A stretch of DNA of 64,000 nt, taken from positions 103,460,604-103,524,603 of the forward strand of contig NC_068983.1 in NCBI RefSeq assembly GCF_001194135.2, read 5' to 3'. Source of the DNA: Octopus bimaculoides (lineage: Eukaryota). A program made the translations under genes and the position numbers. Below, piece by piece: positions 38,794 through 51,852 of the stretch; positions within the stretch are counted from its first letter, which is position 1; each line of letters begins with the position of its first letter. Below the pieces are notes generated by a model. That model did not search any database. It was not told where the DNA came from and saw nothing but the letters and a program-made list of their open reading frames with translations.

Positions 38794-39429
38794 CTGTGAC
38801 AAAGAGAAATAATTTGTCAGAGAGAATATCAAATGTCAGATTTATAGAGTAAAAGGACTAAACTACTGAGATGTACATGCCTATTCCAAAGTAATAAAAA
38901 AAAGTATTTTCATCATTTGTCTTTAACTTGTTTCAGTCACTGGATTGCAGCCATGCAGGAACACTGCAACGAAAAGTTTTTAATCTAACAAATTGCCCCC
39001 CATTACTTATTTTTAAGCTTGGTATTTATATGCGTCTTTTTGACTAAAATTGCTAAATTACAGGATGTAAACAAATCAACACAAGCTGTCATGTGAAAGG
39101 AGCACCAAACGTGTGTACATGCACACACACATGCATGCGTACACATGCAGTGGGCTTCCACACAGTTTCTGTTTACTATATTTCACTCACAAAATAAAAA
39201 TGGATGAAATGCTGTTAAGTATTTTGTCTAGCATGTTAATGAATTCTACCAGCTCCACCACCTTAACCATACTGAAAAGAAAACTGATGAAAAATAATAA
39301 TAATAATAATAAAGAGATAATTAGCATGAAGTTAACCAAGATAGGATAATAGTAAGTACTGGAGGAGAAGTCAATGATGCAGGTTCAATTCTGCCTGGTA
39401 TTTCAGGTTTCACTATCTTCCTATTGTGA

Positions 39430-39760
39430 AGGTGCATGGGCTTAGTGGTTAGGGTATTCAACTCATGACCATAAGGTTGTGAGTTCAATATCCAGCATTT
39501 CGTTGTATCCTTGAGCAAGACACTTTATCTTATGTTGCTCTAGTCTACTCAGCTGGCAAAAATGTGTAGTACCTGTATTTCAAAGGGCCAACCCTGTCAT
39601 ATCCCGAGTCACACTGAATTTCCTTGAGAACTACAATAAGGTTAGGTACGTCTGTAGAGTGTTCAGCTAACTTGCACATTAATTTCATGAGCAGACTGTT
39701 CAGTTGATCAGAACAACTGGGACATTTGTCATTGTAATTGACAGTGTGCCAGTTTTTTGT
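39430..39760 (+). mobile_element. Chimeric SINE (head/core of 13090 family plus SINE B 3' half)
   Basis: Shares ...ctcagctggcaaaaatgtgta with 13090-13330, then continues gtacctgtatttcaaaggg...gtgcca as in SINE B. Confidence 0.6.
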
Positions 39761-39824
39761 TTATATTTCTATTAAAAAGTTTGTTGAAATAAGACATATT
39801 TCAGCTACCTTAAGGTAATATTAA

Positions 39825-40042
39825 CCCTTTAGTGTTCAGATTATTCTGTCAAATGTAATGCTTATTGATTCACATTGTTTTGAATTGACCATGCAGTATC
39901 TCATAGCTTTGAGATTTCGATAATGTGACTTTATTTCTAGAATGACATTGTAGAATAGGTGCAAGAGAATGGATCTGGTTGATTTGAACATAAAACAAGT
40001 AGAATATTTGGGCCTGATATGGCCAGATTAAATGTCAGAGGG
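39825..40042 (+). mobile_element. piggyBac-like MITE family 1
   Basis: TTAA-CCCTTTAG ... AGAGGG-TTAA, 218 bp. Confidence 0.8.
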
Positions 40043-40793
40043 TTAAACCATCACACCAATAAATATCACAGCAGAAAGAACGAGAAATCCAAAATAAATG
40101 AGCAGTTATTAAGCAAAAATCAAAAGGACTTGGAGTTTGTTTTCACCTGCTTCATGTACTATTTACATTTATTCTTTTATTCTTTTACTTGTTTCAGTCA
40201 TTTGACTGCAGCCATGATAGAGCATAATAACAATTTCTTTCTTATCAGTGCTTTTTATTACTAATTTGTGAAATCCTACCCTAATAACACACACATACAC
40301 AATGATATTTTTTTGAAAAATAACACAATTTAGAAATGAGATTTAATCTAGAATAAATTGTGAAGTAAATCCTTAAGTGTTCAAACTTCAATGATCGTTT
40401 ATTTTTTATATTTTTGACGAAGCCTATTTTTAAGACAACTTATGGTGGCCAACTGTAGATAATATCTTTGTTTATGAGGTAGCCATTCTCTATCTACAAC
40501 TCACTTGCTTGGCTCTCAGTAGTGTTTACAGTATGAATTCACTGTTAACATGTGCTTTTCTTCCTGGCACATAATGACAGCAGTCATTTTCTGGAACTGG
40601 TTTCTTTTATCTCATTTTAATGGCACACATAAATCACTGCTTTTTTACTTTAACCTTTTTCCTCATTATAGCATCTGCGAGTGCTTGTGTGGGACCCATG
40701 GAAGCCAACACTATGTCATTATAAATAAATAAAATGTTTTATTAAACACACACTATTATTATTAGCAGTAGTAGTAGTAGTAGCAGCAGCAGC

Positions 40794-40832
<39 letters not shown>

Positions 40833-40833
<1 letters not shown>

Positions 40834-41249
40834 AGGCAGCAAGCTGGAAGAATCGTTAGCACACTGGGCAAAATTCTTAGCGGTATTTCGTCTGCCACAG
40901 CGTTCTGAGTTCAAATACTGCCAAGGTTGACTTTGCCTTTCATCCTTTCGGGGTCGATAAATTAAGTACCAGTGGAGTACTGGAGTCAATGTGATCGACT
41001 GTCCCCTTCCGCACAAAATCCAGGCCTTGTGCCTATAGTAGAAAGGATTATTATTAGTAGTATAGTAAGGCAGCGAGCTGGCAGAATCGTTAGCGCGCTG
41101 GATGAAATGCTTAGAGGTATTTCGCCCGTCGCTATGCTCTGAGCTCAAATTCCACTGAGTTCGACTTTACCGCTCATCCTTTTAAGGTTGATAAATTAAG
41201 TACCAGTGAAACACTGGGTTGAGCTAATCAACTAGTCCCCTCACCCAAC

Positions 41250-41344
<95 letters not shown>

Positions 41345-42390
41345 AGGTGCAGATACAGTTGTGTGGTTGAGAAGTCTACTTCCCAGCCCCACGCTTTCAA
41401 GTTCAGTCCCACTGTGTAACATTCTTGGTGTCTTCAACTATAGCGCCAGTCCAAACAAAGCTTAGTAAGTGTATATGGTAGGTGGAAACAGGGAGAAGCC
41501 CATCATTATGTGTTTTTGTCTCTTTGTCTGGACATGGCATGATAGTTGTAAACGAGTGTCACTGTCATACAGTGTCGGGGAATTACTTTTCTTGGAAAAA
41601 GGTGAATGTTGGTGACAGGAAGAGCTTCTGACCTTAGAAAATTTGCCTCAGTAAATTCCATCCAACCCCAATCAAGCATCAAATGGTGAATATTAAAACA
41701 ATTTATTATTATTATTATTTTATTATTATTATAATAATTATTATCTAAGGCAACAAGCTGGCAGAACCATCAGCATGCTGGGCAAAATGCTTAGTTTTAT
41801 TGTGCCCGTCACTACGTTCGGAGATCAAATTCCTCTGAGGTCAACTTTAACCTTGCATCCTTTCGGGGTTGATAAATTAAGTACCAGTGAACACTGAGGT
41901 CGATCTAATTGACTCATCCCTCCCCAAAATTGTTGCCCTTGTGGCAAAATTTGAAACTATTATCATTATTATTATAAAGGTGGCAAGCTGGCAGAATCAT
42001 TAGCACACCAGACAAAATGCTTTGCGGAATTTCATGCATCTTTATGTCCTAAGTTCAAATTCCGCCGAGGTCAACTTTGCCTTTCATCCTTCCAGGGTCG
42101 ATAAAACAAGTACCAGTTGAACACTGGGATCAATGTAATTGACTTCTCCCCTCCTCATTCTAGCTGGCCTTGGGCCAAAATTTGAAATCATTATTATTAT
42201 TATTAATATTTTAAGGTGGACAGTTGGCAGAATCGTTAGCCCACCAGCCAAATTGCTTAGCAGTATTTCATCTGACTAGATTGACTTTGCCTTTCATTCT
42301 TTCGGGGTCAATAAATTAAGTACCAGTGAAACATTGGCATTGATATGATCAACTAACCCCCTCCGCAAAAATTTCAGACCGTGTGCCTTT
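40833..42390 (+). mobile_element. Cluster of five head-to-tail SINE C copies separated by (ATT)n/(AGT)n
   Basis: Heads AAGG(C/T)(A/G)GC(G/A)AGCTGGCAGAATC at ~40833, 41067, 41748, 41978 and 42213; B box GAGTTCAAATTCC. Confidence 0.85.
41345..41698 (+). mobile_element. SINE A2 (degenerate)
   Basis: A head followed by alternative 3' module (gatagttgtaaacgagtgtcactgtc...ggtgacaggaag...catccaaccc). Confidence 0.65.
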
Positions 42391-42844
42391 ATTATGATGA
42401 TGATAAGAAGGAGGATGATGGTAGTGGTGGTGGTGATGACGATTTTAGGAACTGAATTCAGAACCTTGGGTTTTGGGTGGCATATAGTCATTGTTTGAGC
42501 CACCTCCATTTTCATTATAGTGTTTTCTACTTTAGCACAAACATTATGTATTTGTAAGGAGGGTAATGTCTGTTTACAACTAAAACAAAACCCCACACAT
42601 TATGGTTATTAATTTCATTAAACTCTGAATGGATGAAAAATAAAGTCAACGTTGGCAGGAATAAAACTCTGTTTTTCTTTTTTTTTTTTTTTTGTCTCTT
42701 AATGTAGACATAGCAGTAAAACTGCATGCATGTGCTAATGATTCTGCCAGCTCACAGCCATTCTAATGATAATAATAACAACAACAACTANNNNNNNNNN
42801 TGCCAGCTCACAGCCATTCTAATGATAATAATAACAACAACAAC

Positions 42845-42890
<46 letters not shown>

Positions 42891-43272
42891 GTGGAGGCGC
42901 AATAGCCCAGTGGTTAGAGCAGTCGACTTGTGGTCATAGGATCGCGGTTTCGATTCCCAGACCAGGCGACGTGAGTGTTTATTGAGTGAAAACACCTAAA
43001 GCTCCACAAGGCTCCGGCAGGAGATGGTGGTGAACCTTGCCATACTCTTTCACCACAACTTTCTCTCACTCTCTCTTCCTATTTCTGTTGTACCTGTATT
43101 TCAAGGGGCCAGCCTTGTCACACTCTGTCACGCTGAATCTCCCCGAGAACTACGTTAAGGGTACACGTGTCTGTGGAGTGCTCAGCCACTTGCACGTTAA
43201 TTTCACGAGCAGGCTGTTCCGTTGATTGGATCAAGTGGAACCCTCGTCATCGTAACCGACGGAGTACCAACC
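42891..43272 (+). mobile_element. tRNA-derived SINE B
   Basis: Full head and body; inserted into (ATT)n. Confidence 0.9.
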
Positions 43273-43859
43273 ATAATTATTATTATTTATAATAAAAATA
43301 GTGCTCCTGATCAACTATGAAGGAACATGCTTACTATTTGATGGTTGCAGTCATAAAAATTTCAAATATTATCAGTAGCTTAGGTAAAAGAGCTTGAAGT
43401 GTGTCTCACTCACACAGACAACAAATACAATAATAAGAAAGTCAACTAATAGTCACTATCAACATCACCATAGAAAAGCATAAAACAAAATGACTTTAGC
43501 TATGATTAAAATGCTTTGGAAATGGGATAGCAAAAGTATCTTTTTTAAGTAACCACCAACACCACAGTAAATTGCTTTACTTTTAACAATAAAAATGTAC
43601 TATATATAAAGCCTACACATATGTATTCATTACATTTTGTTCTAGAATGTAAAACCACAAGAGGGTAATAAGAAAGAATCTTAACAATTCCATAATTATC
43701 ATGCCAATACTTATTCCACAGAGCCACACAACATTTGTAGTAAGCTACACTGACATTTGTAAATTCAGCAAAAAGCTGTATGCATATTGATCACAAGTTT
43801 TACACAATCATATAATTAATTTGCTTTTTTTAATTTGATACTTTTTTTCCTTTTAACTA

Positions 43860-45262
43860 CAGTTAGAAGATTGAAAAAAATTAGAGACAATATACAGGAA
43901 ATTCAAGGATGAGACTTCCTATAGCTTGGCTTTGGCTTTCAACATGTGAAAGAAGGAGTGGGGTTGTCTGTATTGAATGCAGAGCAAGGTTAGCAAATAA
44001 AAGAAGGCTAACAATTTTTTTAAATCCATCATAATTTTAGAAAACCTACTTCCAGTGACAATTCAAAGATTATTTTGAGAAAAATAAATTTAGAGATCAG
44101 TTGGTCTTTGAATATATTGCTAAAGTATGTACCTCTCAGATTATAGGGTAAAAAAGCATTTTTCTGCACACATACACAATCTTGTAATATTTAGGTGTGC
44201 AAAAATACTTTTTGGAAAGAAAGTTGCATCTATTCTGAAATAAATTCCATTTTCTAAAGAAATTGATGTAATGTTTGAACATCTCATTAAACAACTGAGA
44301 TTTTACAAATAACAATAATAATAATATTATTAATTTTTCAATGCAAACTGACAAAAATAATATTCATAAGCAGGCAATTTTGTTAACATATGAACAATCT
44401 TCATGAAGATAAGTTACTCTTGAAATGTTTCTCAAATGACACTACTGGGACAGAGCTTATTCATTGAAGTGAAACAGTATCTAGAGATAAGCACATTCCA
44501 CTGAAAAGTTTTATTCATATTAGTTCAGAATGCACTGTTTTGATAATTGGTAAAGAAAGAATATGTATAAAAAGAATGAAAGAAATTGTGCCCAATATTG
44601 TACATGTGCAAAGCATTATCAATAGACACCTGGTGGCAAAACATTTTGGTGATATTATGAAGAAGGCTCTTCTTTCTGTTATGGTCTCAGCAATTAATTT
44701 TATCAATAGCTAATTCTTTTAATCAAAATGTTTTGAAGTAATTTTGTAATGATGTGGAATTTAAGACTTTGTTGTTACATAAAGAAGTATGGTAGCTAAC
44801 CAAGGGCAATAACCTCAATAGAGTATTTAAATTATGAAAGGCACTAACCAACATTTTACACTTCAAATCATCACTGAACTGACCAAATATAAATAAAAAA
44901 TGACAAGCAACAGAAACCAAATTAATTGATGCCTAATTGATAAATGAGGAAATAAAAAACAAGGTTTTTTATATTTTTTTATTTAGTTACTGAAGAGACA
45001 TATCCAAATCAACTAATAAATTAAATCTAATAACATAAGGAAAAAATGCAATCTTTTGAAAAGTTCTCAAAAAATCAGAGATTTTGTGAATAACCAGCTT
45101 GGTTGTTTTCAAAAATTTTGCAAAGGCGCAGGAGTGGTTCTGTGGTAAGTAGCTTGCTTACCAGCCACATGGTACCTTGGGCAAGTGTCTTCTACTATAG
45201 CCTTGGGCCGACCAAAGCCTTGTGAGTGGATTTGGTAGACGGAAACTGAAAGAAGCCCGTCG

Positions 45263-45321
<59 letters not shown>

Positions 45322-46300
45322 TTGTCCCCCCCCCCCAATATCGCTTGACAACCGATGCTGGTGTGTTTACATCCTCATAACTTAGCAGTTCGGCAAAAGA
45401 GACCGATAGAATAAGTACTAGGCTTACAAAGAATAAGTCCTGGGGTCGATTTCCTCAACTAAAGGCGGTGCTCCAGCATGGTCGCAGTCAAATGACTGAA
45501 ACAAGTAAAAGAGTAAATAACAATGCAACAAATAATACTTGAAGAGTTGCAAATTTCCACTGAAATTCTTTAAGTTTTTTTTAGCTTTTTCAATGATTTA
45601 TTTAGAAGAAAGGCAGCACTCATGAACTAGCAGGCCTTTGAAACTAGTAAGGGACAACTGGAAAAAAATAAACACCTCCCTTATGCATTGCAACAGACTA
45701 ATCTTTTATTGTCATATATGCTTAGACTATAAGACTCCTTAAAGCTTATAAACAGCTAATAAAAGATTTTCAGAATTTGATTTCAAGATATTTTGAATGT
45801 GTCTCATTTAAGAAGCTACAAGCCATATAAGACAGACCCTATGATGTTGAGAAACTATTGAATTTGAAAGAATATATCCAACTACTTAAGGAAAATTGAA
45901 CATGAAAAGGTTATAGAGTTTTATTAATTGCTGACACCAAAAAGTTTTAAGCTGGTGGAATCAGTCATAATTTCTTTTCTAACTACTTGGTTTGAGGAAG
46001 CAGGCTTTTCTCCAGAAGAGAAGCAATCTAAATATTAATGAACATAGTACAGGAATGAAATTAAATCAGTCTCTGAAAATCAGGGCTCCCTGAGTGCAAA
46101 ACAGGAATAAGGAAGCTACTGAATCTGTATACTATTTATGGTATTAGCTGTTTTGTTCGTTGTGGTTTTTATACAATTTGAATAAAATTTCTCCTTGAAG
46201 TTTTGATGTTATTTAATTAACATTGTGGGTTAATGGTATTGTGGGCTATGCCCCCCACCCTCAAAAAAGGGTGCATATCACTAAAATAAACTTCTAAGAG
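43860..46300 (+). pseudogene. hAT (Buster/Charlie, ZBED5/SCAND3-like) transposase fossil
   Basis: Ordered motifs YRKFKDE..LGF, CIECRARLAN, SILK.IPFS, FSMQTD..AILLTY, IINRHLVAK (CxxH region), LLLHKEVW.LTKG (HTEVRWLSKG), FLTTWFEEAGFS (hATC dimerisation); interrupted by a SINE at 45125. Confidence 0.8.
45125..45518 (+). mobile_element. tRNA-derived SINE A1
   Basis: Full copy with small deletion in the head; long (TA)(TG) tract. Confidence 0.9.
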
Positions 46301-46364
46301 TAACAATACAAGTATTACATAATCTAAGTTTAATTGATCCATACCATCTTTTATCTTTTCTTTT

Positions 46365-46712
46365 ATTTTTTTACTTGTTTTAGTCATTAGACTGTGGCCA
46401 TGCCTTGGGGGATCTTCTTTTTTTTTAAAGCCTGGTACTTATTCTATTGGTCTCTTTTGTTGAACCGCTAAGTTATAGGGACACAAACACATTAACACTG
46501 GTTGTCAAGCAATGTGGGGGACAAACAAACACACACACACACACATATAACAGGCTTCTTTCGGTTTCTGTCTACCAAATACACTCACAAGGTTTTGTTT
46601 GGTCAGCCTGAGGCTATAATAGAAAACACTTGCTCAAGGTGCCACACAGTGGAACTGAATCTGGAATTATGTGGTTGGGAAGCAAGCTTCTTACCACACA
46701 GACATGCCTGTG
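46365..46712 (-). mobile_element. tRNA-derived SINE A1 (older)
   Basis: Tail, 3' module, (CA)n and head in minus orientation. Confidence 0.8.
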
Positions 46713-46939
46713 CCATGTTCAAATTATTTGGAAAATTGAAATGTTACCAAATCCTGGAGTAGATAAAATAAGAACAAATCAAGAGTTGAAGTAAAGTTAA
46801 TCAAGTATTCCTACCAAAAACAAATGTGGCCTTCTGTTTGTAAGTAAAATTTAGAATATGATCACAACCACCATCATCACCACCACCACCATTTTGTTTT
46901 AACCCTTTCAGATTACTCTGCCAAATGTAATGCAATATA

Positions 46940-47322
46940 CTCTTTACTCTCTTTTACTCTTTTACTTGTTTCAGTCATTTGACTGTGGCCATGCTGGAGC
47001 ACCGCCTTTAGTCGAGCAAATTGACCCCAGGACTTATTCTTTGTAAGCCTAGTATTTATTCTATTAGTCTCCTTTTGCCGAACCGCTAAGTTACGGGAAC
47101 GTAAACACACCAGCATCGGTTGTCAAGCGATGGTGGGGGGACAAACACAGACACACAAACATATATATATATATATATATATACATATATACGACGGGCT
47201 TCTTTCAGTTTCCGTCTACCAAATCCACTCACAAGGCTTTGGTTGGCCCGAGGCTATGGTGGAAAACACTTGCCCAAGGTGCCACGCAGTGGGACTGAAC
47301 CCGGAACCATGTGGTTGGTAAA
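46940..47322 (-). mobile_element. tRNA-derived SINE A1 (young, 5' clipped)
   Basis: Tandem (GAGTAAAA)-type tail repeats at left; CpGs retained. Confidence 0.9.
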
Positions 47323-47595
47323 TACTTCAATGATGTGATTACTTATTTTTTTCAATGACATTGTTAGGTAGGTGTGAGAGGCCAAATCTGGCCAGTTTGA
47401 ACATAAACAGATAGAATATTTTGGGCTGGATATGGCTGGTTTAATGGTAAAAGGTTAAACAAATTTGTTCTCTTATATGACCTTATTCCTAATGAAATAC
47501 ATTGTACATGTACTTTAATTAATTTCTTAAATAGTCAACAATTACAAAGAAGTTTGCAATATAACTTTGTTATTACCAACTTAGTATTTGGAATA

Positions 47596-47983
47596 GGTGG
47601 AGGCGCAATGGCCTAGTGGTTAGGGCAGGGGACTCACAATCATAGGATCGCGGATTCGATTCCCAGACCAGGCGTTGAGAGTGTTTATTGAGCGAAAACA
47701 CCTAAAGCTCCACAAGGCTCCGGCAGGAGATGGTGGTGAACCTTGCCATACTCTTTCACCACAACTTTCTCTCACTCTCTCTTCCTATTTCTGTTGTACC
47801 TGTATTTCAAGGGGCCATCCTTGTCACACTCTGTCACGCTGAATCTCCCCGAGAACTACATTAAGGGTACACGTGTCTGTGGAGTGCTCAGCCACTTGCA
47901 CATTAATTTCACGAGCAGGCTGTTCTGTTGATCAGATCAACTGGAACCCTCGACGTCGTAAGCAACGGAGTGCCAACCAAACC
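47596..47983 (+). mobile_element. tRNA-derived SINE B with 13-bp TSD
   Basis: TSD AGTATTTGGAATA at 47583-47595 and 47984-47996. Confidence 0.95.
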
Positions 47984-48028
47984 AGTATTTGGAATATAAC
48001 AAGAACTTCTTTGAAGGTTTTAGTTTAA

Positions 48029-48247
48029 CTCTTTAATATTCACATTAATCTGTCAGAAGTAATGATTATCTATTCTTATTGTTTTGTATTAATCATGCAT
48101 TATGCTGTGGTGTTGAGATTTTGTAAAGATAACAGTTAATTTTTAGAATATATTGTAAGGCTGATGTGAGAGGGCAGATCTGGCCAGTTTGATAATAAAA
48201 CAGGTAGAATATTTTGGCCAAATATAGCCAGTTTAAACGTTAAAGGG
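48029..48247 (+). mobile_element. piggyBac-like MITE family 1
   Basis: TTAA flanks; ends TAAAGGG-TTAA. Confidence 0.7.
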
Positions 48248-48762
48248 TTAAATATGAACATTTTAAAATGGGAGATTTTCTATCTTAAAGATGTGATCAT
48301 AGAACCATGGGTATCAAAAGGTTGAATTTAATTCTAATCAGTATATATTACAACCTATGAACATCTGCCCAAAGAGGCTAAATAACAGTACAAGAAAACT
48401 ACTTCCAAATCTAGTGACAGTGGTGTCAATCAGGTTACTGATTAACATCAAACACTCACATCTTACAATGGAGACCCCTGAAAAGTTATTCAATACACAA
48501 AATTCTCTCCCATATGAATGAGAAAAAAACTTTTAAACGTAAGTAATATTCTCATGGGCTAAGAAATACTCATTCACTGGTCACAAGGGAGAAAAAGGTA
48601 CATAACTTTACTATTTATGCATAAAGGGTAAAAATAGTAATGGCATATAGCAGTCCGCTTTGTGCTGGAAGTTTTTTGATTATACTACTTGTTAACACTG
48701 CTACACCAACTTGAAGCTGGCTGGACACTCTGTTAATCATAACCCTTTTGTTACCATATTTC

Positions 48763-48957
48763 TTTTATTCTTTTACTTGTTTCAGTCATTTGACTGCAGC
48801 CATGCTGGAGCACCACCTTAAAGGGTTTTAGTCGAAGAAATTGACCCCAGGCTTTGTAAGCCTAGTGCTTATTTGATCGGTTTCTTTTGCTGAAGTGCTA
48901 AGTTACAGGGAAGTGAACACACCAACATTGGTTGTCAAGTGATGGTGGTGGGGACAA

Positions 48958-49005
<48 letters not shown>

Positions 49006-49169
49006 GATGGGCTTCTTTCAGTTTCCATCTACCAAATCCACTCACAAGGTTTGGGTTGGCCTGAGGCTATTGTAAAAGACACTTGCCCAAGGTGCCATGC
49101 AGTGGGACTGAGCCCAGAACCATGTGGTTGGGAAGCAAGCTTCTTACCTACCACACAGCCATGCCTGAG
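48763..49169 (-). mobile_element. SINE A1 with 19-bp TSD
   Basis: TSD CCTTTTGTTACCATATTTC at 48744-48762 and 49170-49188, inside a family 2 MITE. Confidence 0.95.
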
Positions 49170-49392
49170 CCTTTTGTTACCATATTTCGTTTGAAATACT
49201 CTGCCACTGTTTCAATAATTTCGAAAATGAAGAATTTAGTAAAATAACTTTGTCATTAAGCTGGTGTTTAGAACAAAAATTAGCAGGAACTTTTGATGGA
49301 AGGTTTTAATTTAGAACACTTTAAAACAAGAAGTTTGTATTATAGAGCTAAGGACAGTTTTAAGCATGTTGGTTTGAAATAAATCAATGCAT

Positions 49393-49830
49393 AGGCGCAG
49401 GAGTGGCTGTGTGGTAAGTAGCTTGCTTACCAACCACATGGTTCCGGGTTCAGTCCTTCTGCATGGCACCTTGGGCAAGTGTTTTCTACTATAGCCTCGG
49501 GCCGACCAAAGCCTTGTGAGTGGATTTGGTAGATGGAAACTGAAAGAAGCCCATCGTATATATGTATATATTTATGTGTATGTGTGTGTTTATGTGTCTG
49601 TGTTTGTCCCCCCAACATCGTTTGACAACTGATGCTGGTGTGTTTATGTTCCCGTAACTTAGCGGTTCGGCAAGAGACCGATAGAATAAGTACTAGGCTT
49701 CCAAAGANNNNNNNNNNTAGAATAAGTACTAGGCTTCCAAAGAATAAGTCCTGGGGTCGATTTGCTCGACTAAAGGCGGTGCTCCAGCATGGCCACAGTC
49801 AAATGACTGAAACAAGTAAAAGAGTAAGAG
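49393..49830 (+). mobile_element. tRNA-derived SINE A1
   Basis: Full copy spanning a 10-N gap. Confidence 0.9.
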
Positions 49831-50383
49831 AGCTTTGTTTTGCCAGCTGAGTAGATTTAAGCAACAATGCACCAACTGGATCAGGAATCCAACCTATAAC
49901 CTTATAACCAAGAACCCAGTTACCTAATTTCTAAGCAACATATCTTCTCGTGTACATGTGTGTGTATGTAAACATGAGTGATTGCATATATTTTTGCATC
50001 AGTGTGGTTGTTCTTTCTTGGTTTTGCTTTCTCAATCATATTGTTACAACAGAAATGTTGCTGTGGTTTTGCCATAGATAAGCCCTGATCAAGCAGGCAA
50101 ACTTATGATGAAACACATTTCAGCTGTGACTAACTCATCTTTCTATTTAAACATAATGTCAAGGACTATGTAAACATAATGCACCCCTCGATTCTCTGGG
50201 CACCATATTGCCATTATCTATGCCATGCAGCTCCTACTGATCCTTTTCTCCCCCCACCCCACCCCATTTTTATCTAGTAGATGTGAGCAGCCATGCAGAA
50301 CTGTCTGCAGGAACCTTTGCTGCCTCACCTCCTCTCACAGTAATCCCCTCATCTCCTAACATGAAACTGACCACCCACCTCCA

Positions 50384-50414
<31 letters not shown>

Positions 50415-51746
50415 TTTTCTCGGGGCTCATGGTCCTTCAAATTGCATGACAACCTCAATAGTACAGGTGGCACAAAAAAAGCAAAGTCCATACTGTAAAG
50501 TGGTTGGTGTTGGGAAGGGCATTCAGCTGTCAAAAAACTGTCATTGAGCTGATGTTCGGAACAAAAATTAACATGAAATTTTGATGGGTTTTAAGTTAAA
50601 TCAATTTAAAACAAGAAGTTTGTACCACAGAGCCAAGGGGAGTCTTAGGCATGTTGGTATGAAATGGGTCAAACCATCCAACCCATGCTAGCATGGAACA
50701 TGGACATTAAATGAGGATGATGATGATACAATGTAATTTGATGAAGGTTTCACAGTAATTTGTTTTTTACTAAAACAGTGTTTATGACTACATTATCAAA
50801 TGTGTCTCTACTCTAAAAAGATAGAGTGCCATTTGATAAAGGTTCCATTGCTATTTTTAATAACCAAGAAACAACATTTACACACTCATTGCCTCCAAAA
50901 GAAAGGTTAAAACAATACAAGTTATGTTCTCATTATTATATATAAATACATATATGTAGAAATTTTCTAGATTTCATTAACTTCATTTCTGGTCATGGCA
51001 CCTGAGCACAATAAAAACAATTAAATTTAGTTCTTTTGTGATGTTTAATTTTATTTCTAGCCTCTTTCTTTTTTTAATTTTAAACTTTAAATGTTCCATT
51101 GTAATTTTTACTATTATCTATGCCAAAAGTCACCTGACAAGTTTTTTTTTAGGTCAGAATACTAGTTAAAAACTGCTTGCCCAAATTACGTCCTTCAATT
51201 AATTTTGACACACATCACAAACACACACACAAGGCCCTACAATGGTGCCCCTATGTGGTCGCTCGAATTACTAGAAATAGCAGCAAAATCTCCCTAAAAT
51301 TAAACCCATTTTAGATGAGAAAGGACACTTTTTCAGTAATACAGTAACAGATGCTAGAAAAAAGACGAATGTAGCAACTAGAATGCCTTTGATCACAGGT
51401 TTACTAATTCAGGGTTGACCTAGACATAAGCAACAACACATACATAGAACCAGTGATAAAAAAAATGGACAGGGTAGAGGGAAAGTTTTTTTCTTTAAAT
51501 TAACCTATATCTTTCTTGCACTTAGTTAATATTATATATATATATATATATACACAAACAGTTTTAGTATATGAGAAAAACAGAAATAACTTTTTGAATG
51601 TAAAAAAGACAAAAAAACATCTAGAAATAGATAGAATGATAATTAAATAGAACTAACTAGTTTCTTTCATGTGTAATTTACAAACTATGAAAATTAATTG
51701 AGTCAGCAAAACTGTGTTAAATATGTTAACCATATTTTATATATAC

Positions 51747-51748
<2 letters not shown>

Positions 51749-51834
<86 letters not shown>

Positions 51835-51852
51835 GGAGAGAGAGAGAGAGAG
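51749..51852. repeat. (AG)n microsatellite
   Basis: Direct inspection. Confidence 0.95.

Noticed and set aside
40672-40733. Strong plus-strand acceptor followed by AATAAA (possible terminal exon)
   Set aside because: All three frames give short unrecognisable peptides and no credible upstream exon could be linked.
42891-42965. tRNA-like sequences at SINE heads
   Set aside because: A/B boxes are present but there is no complete cloverleaf, and each continues into a SINE body; not tRNA genes.
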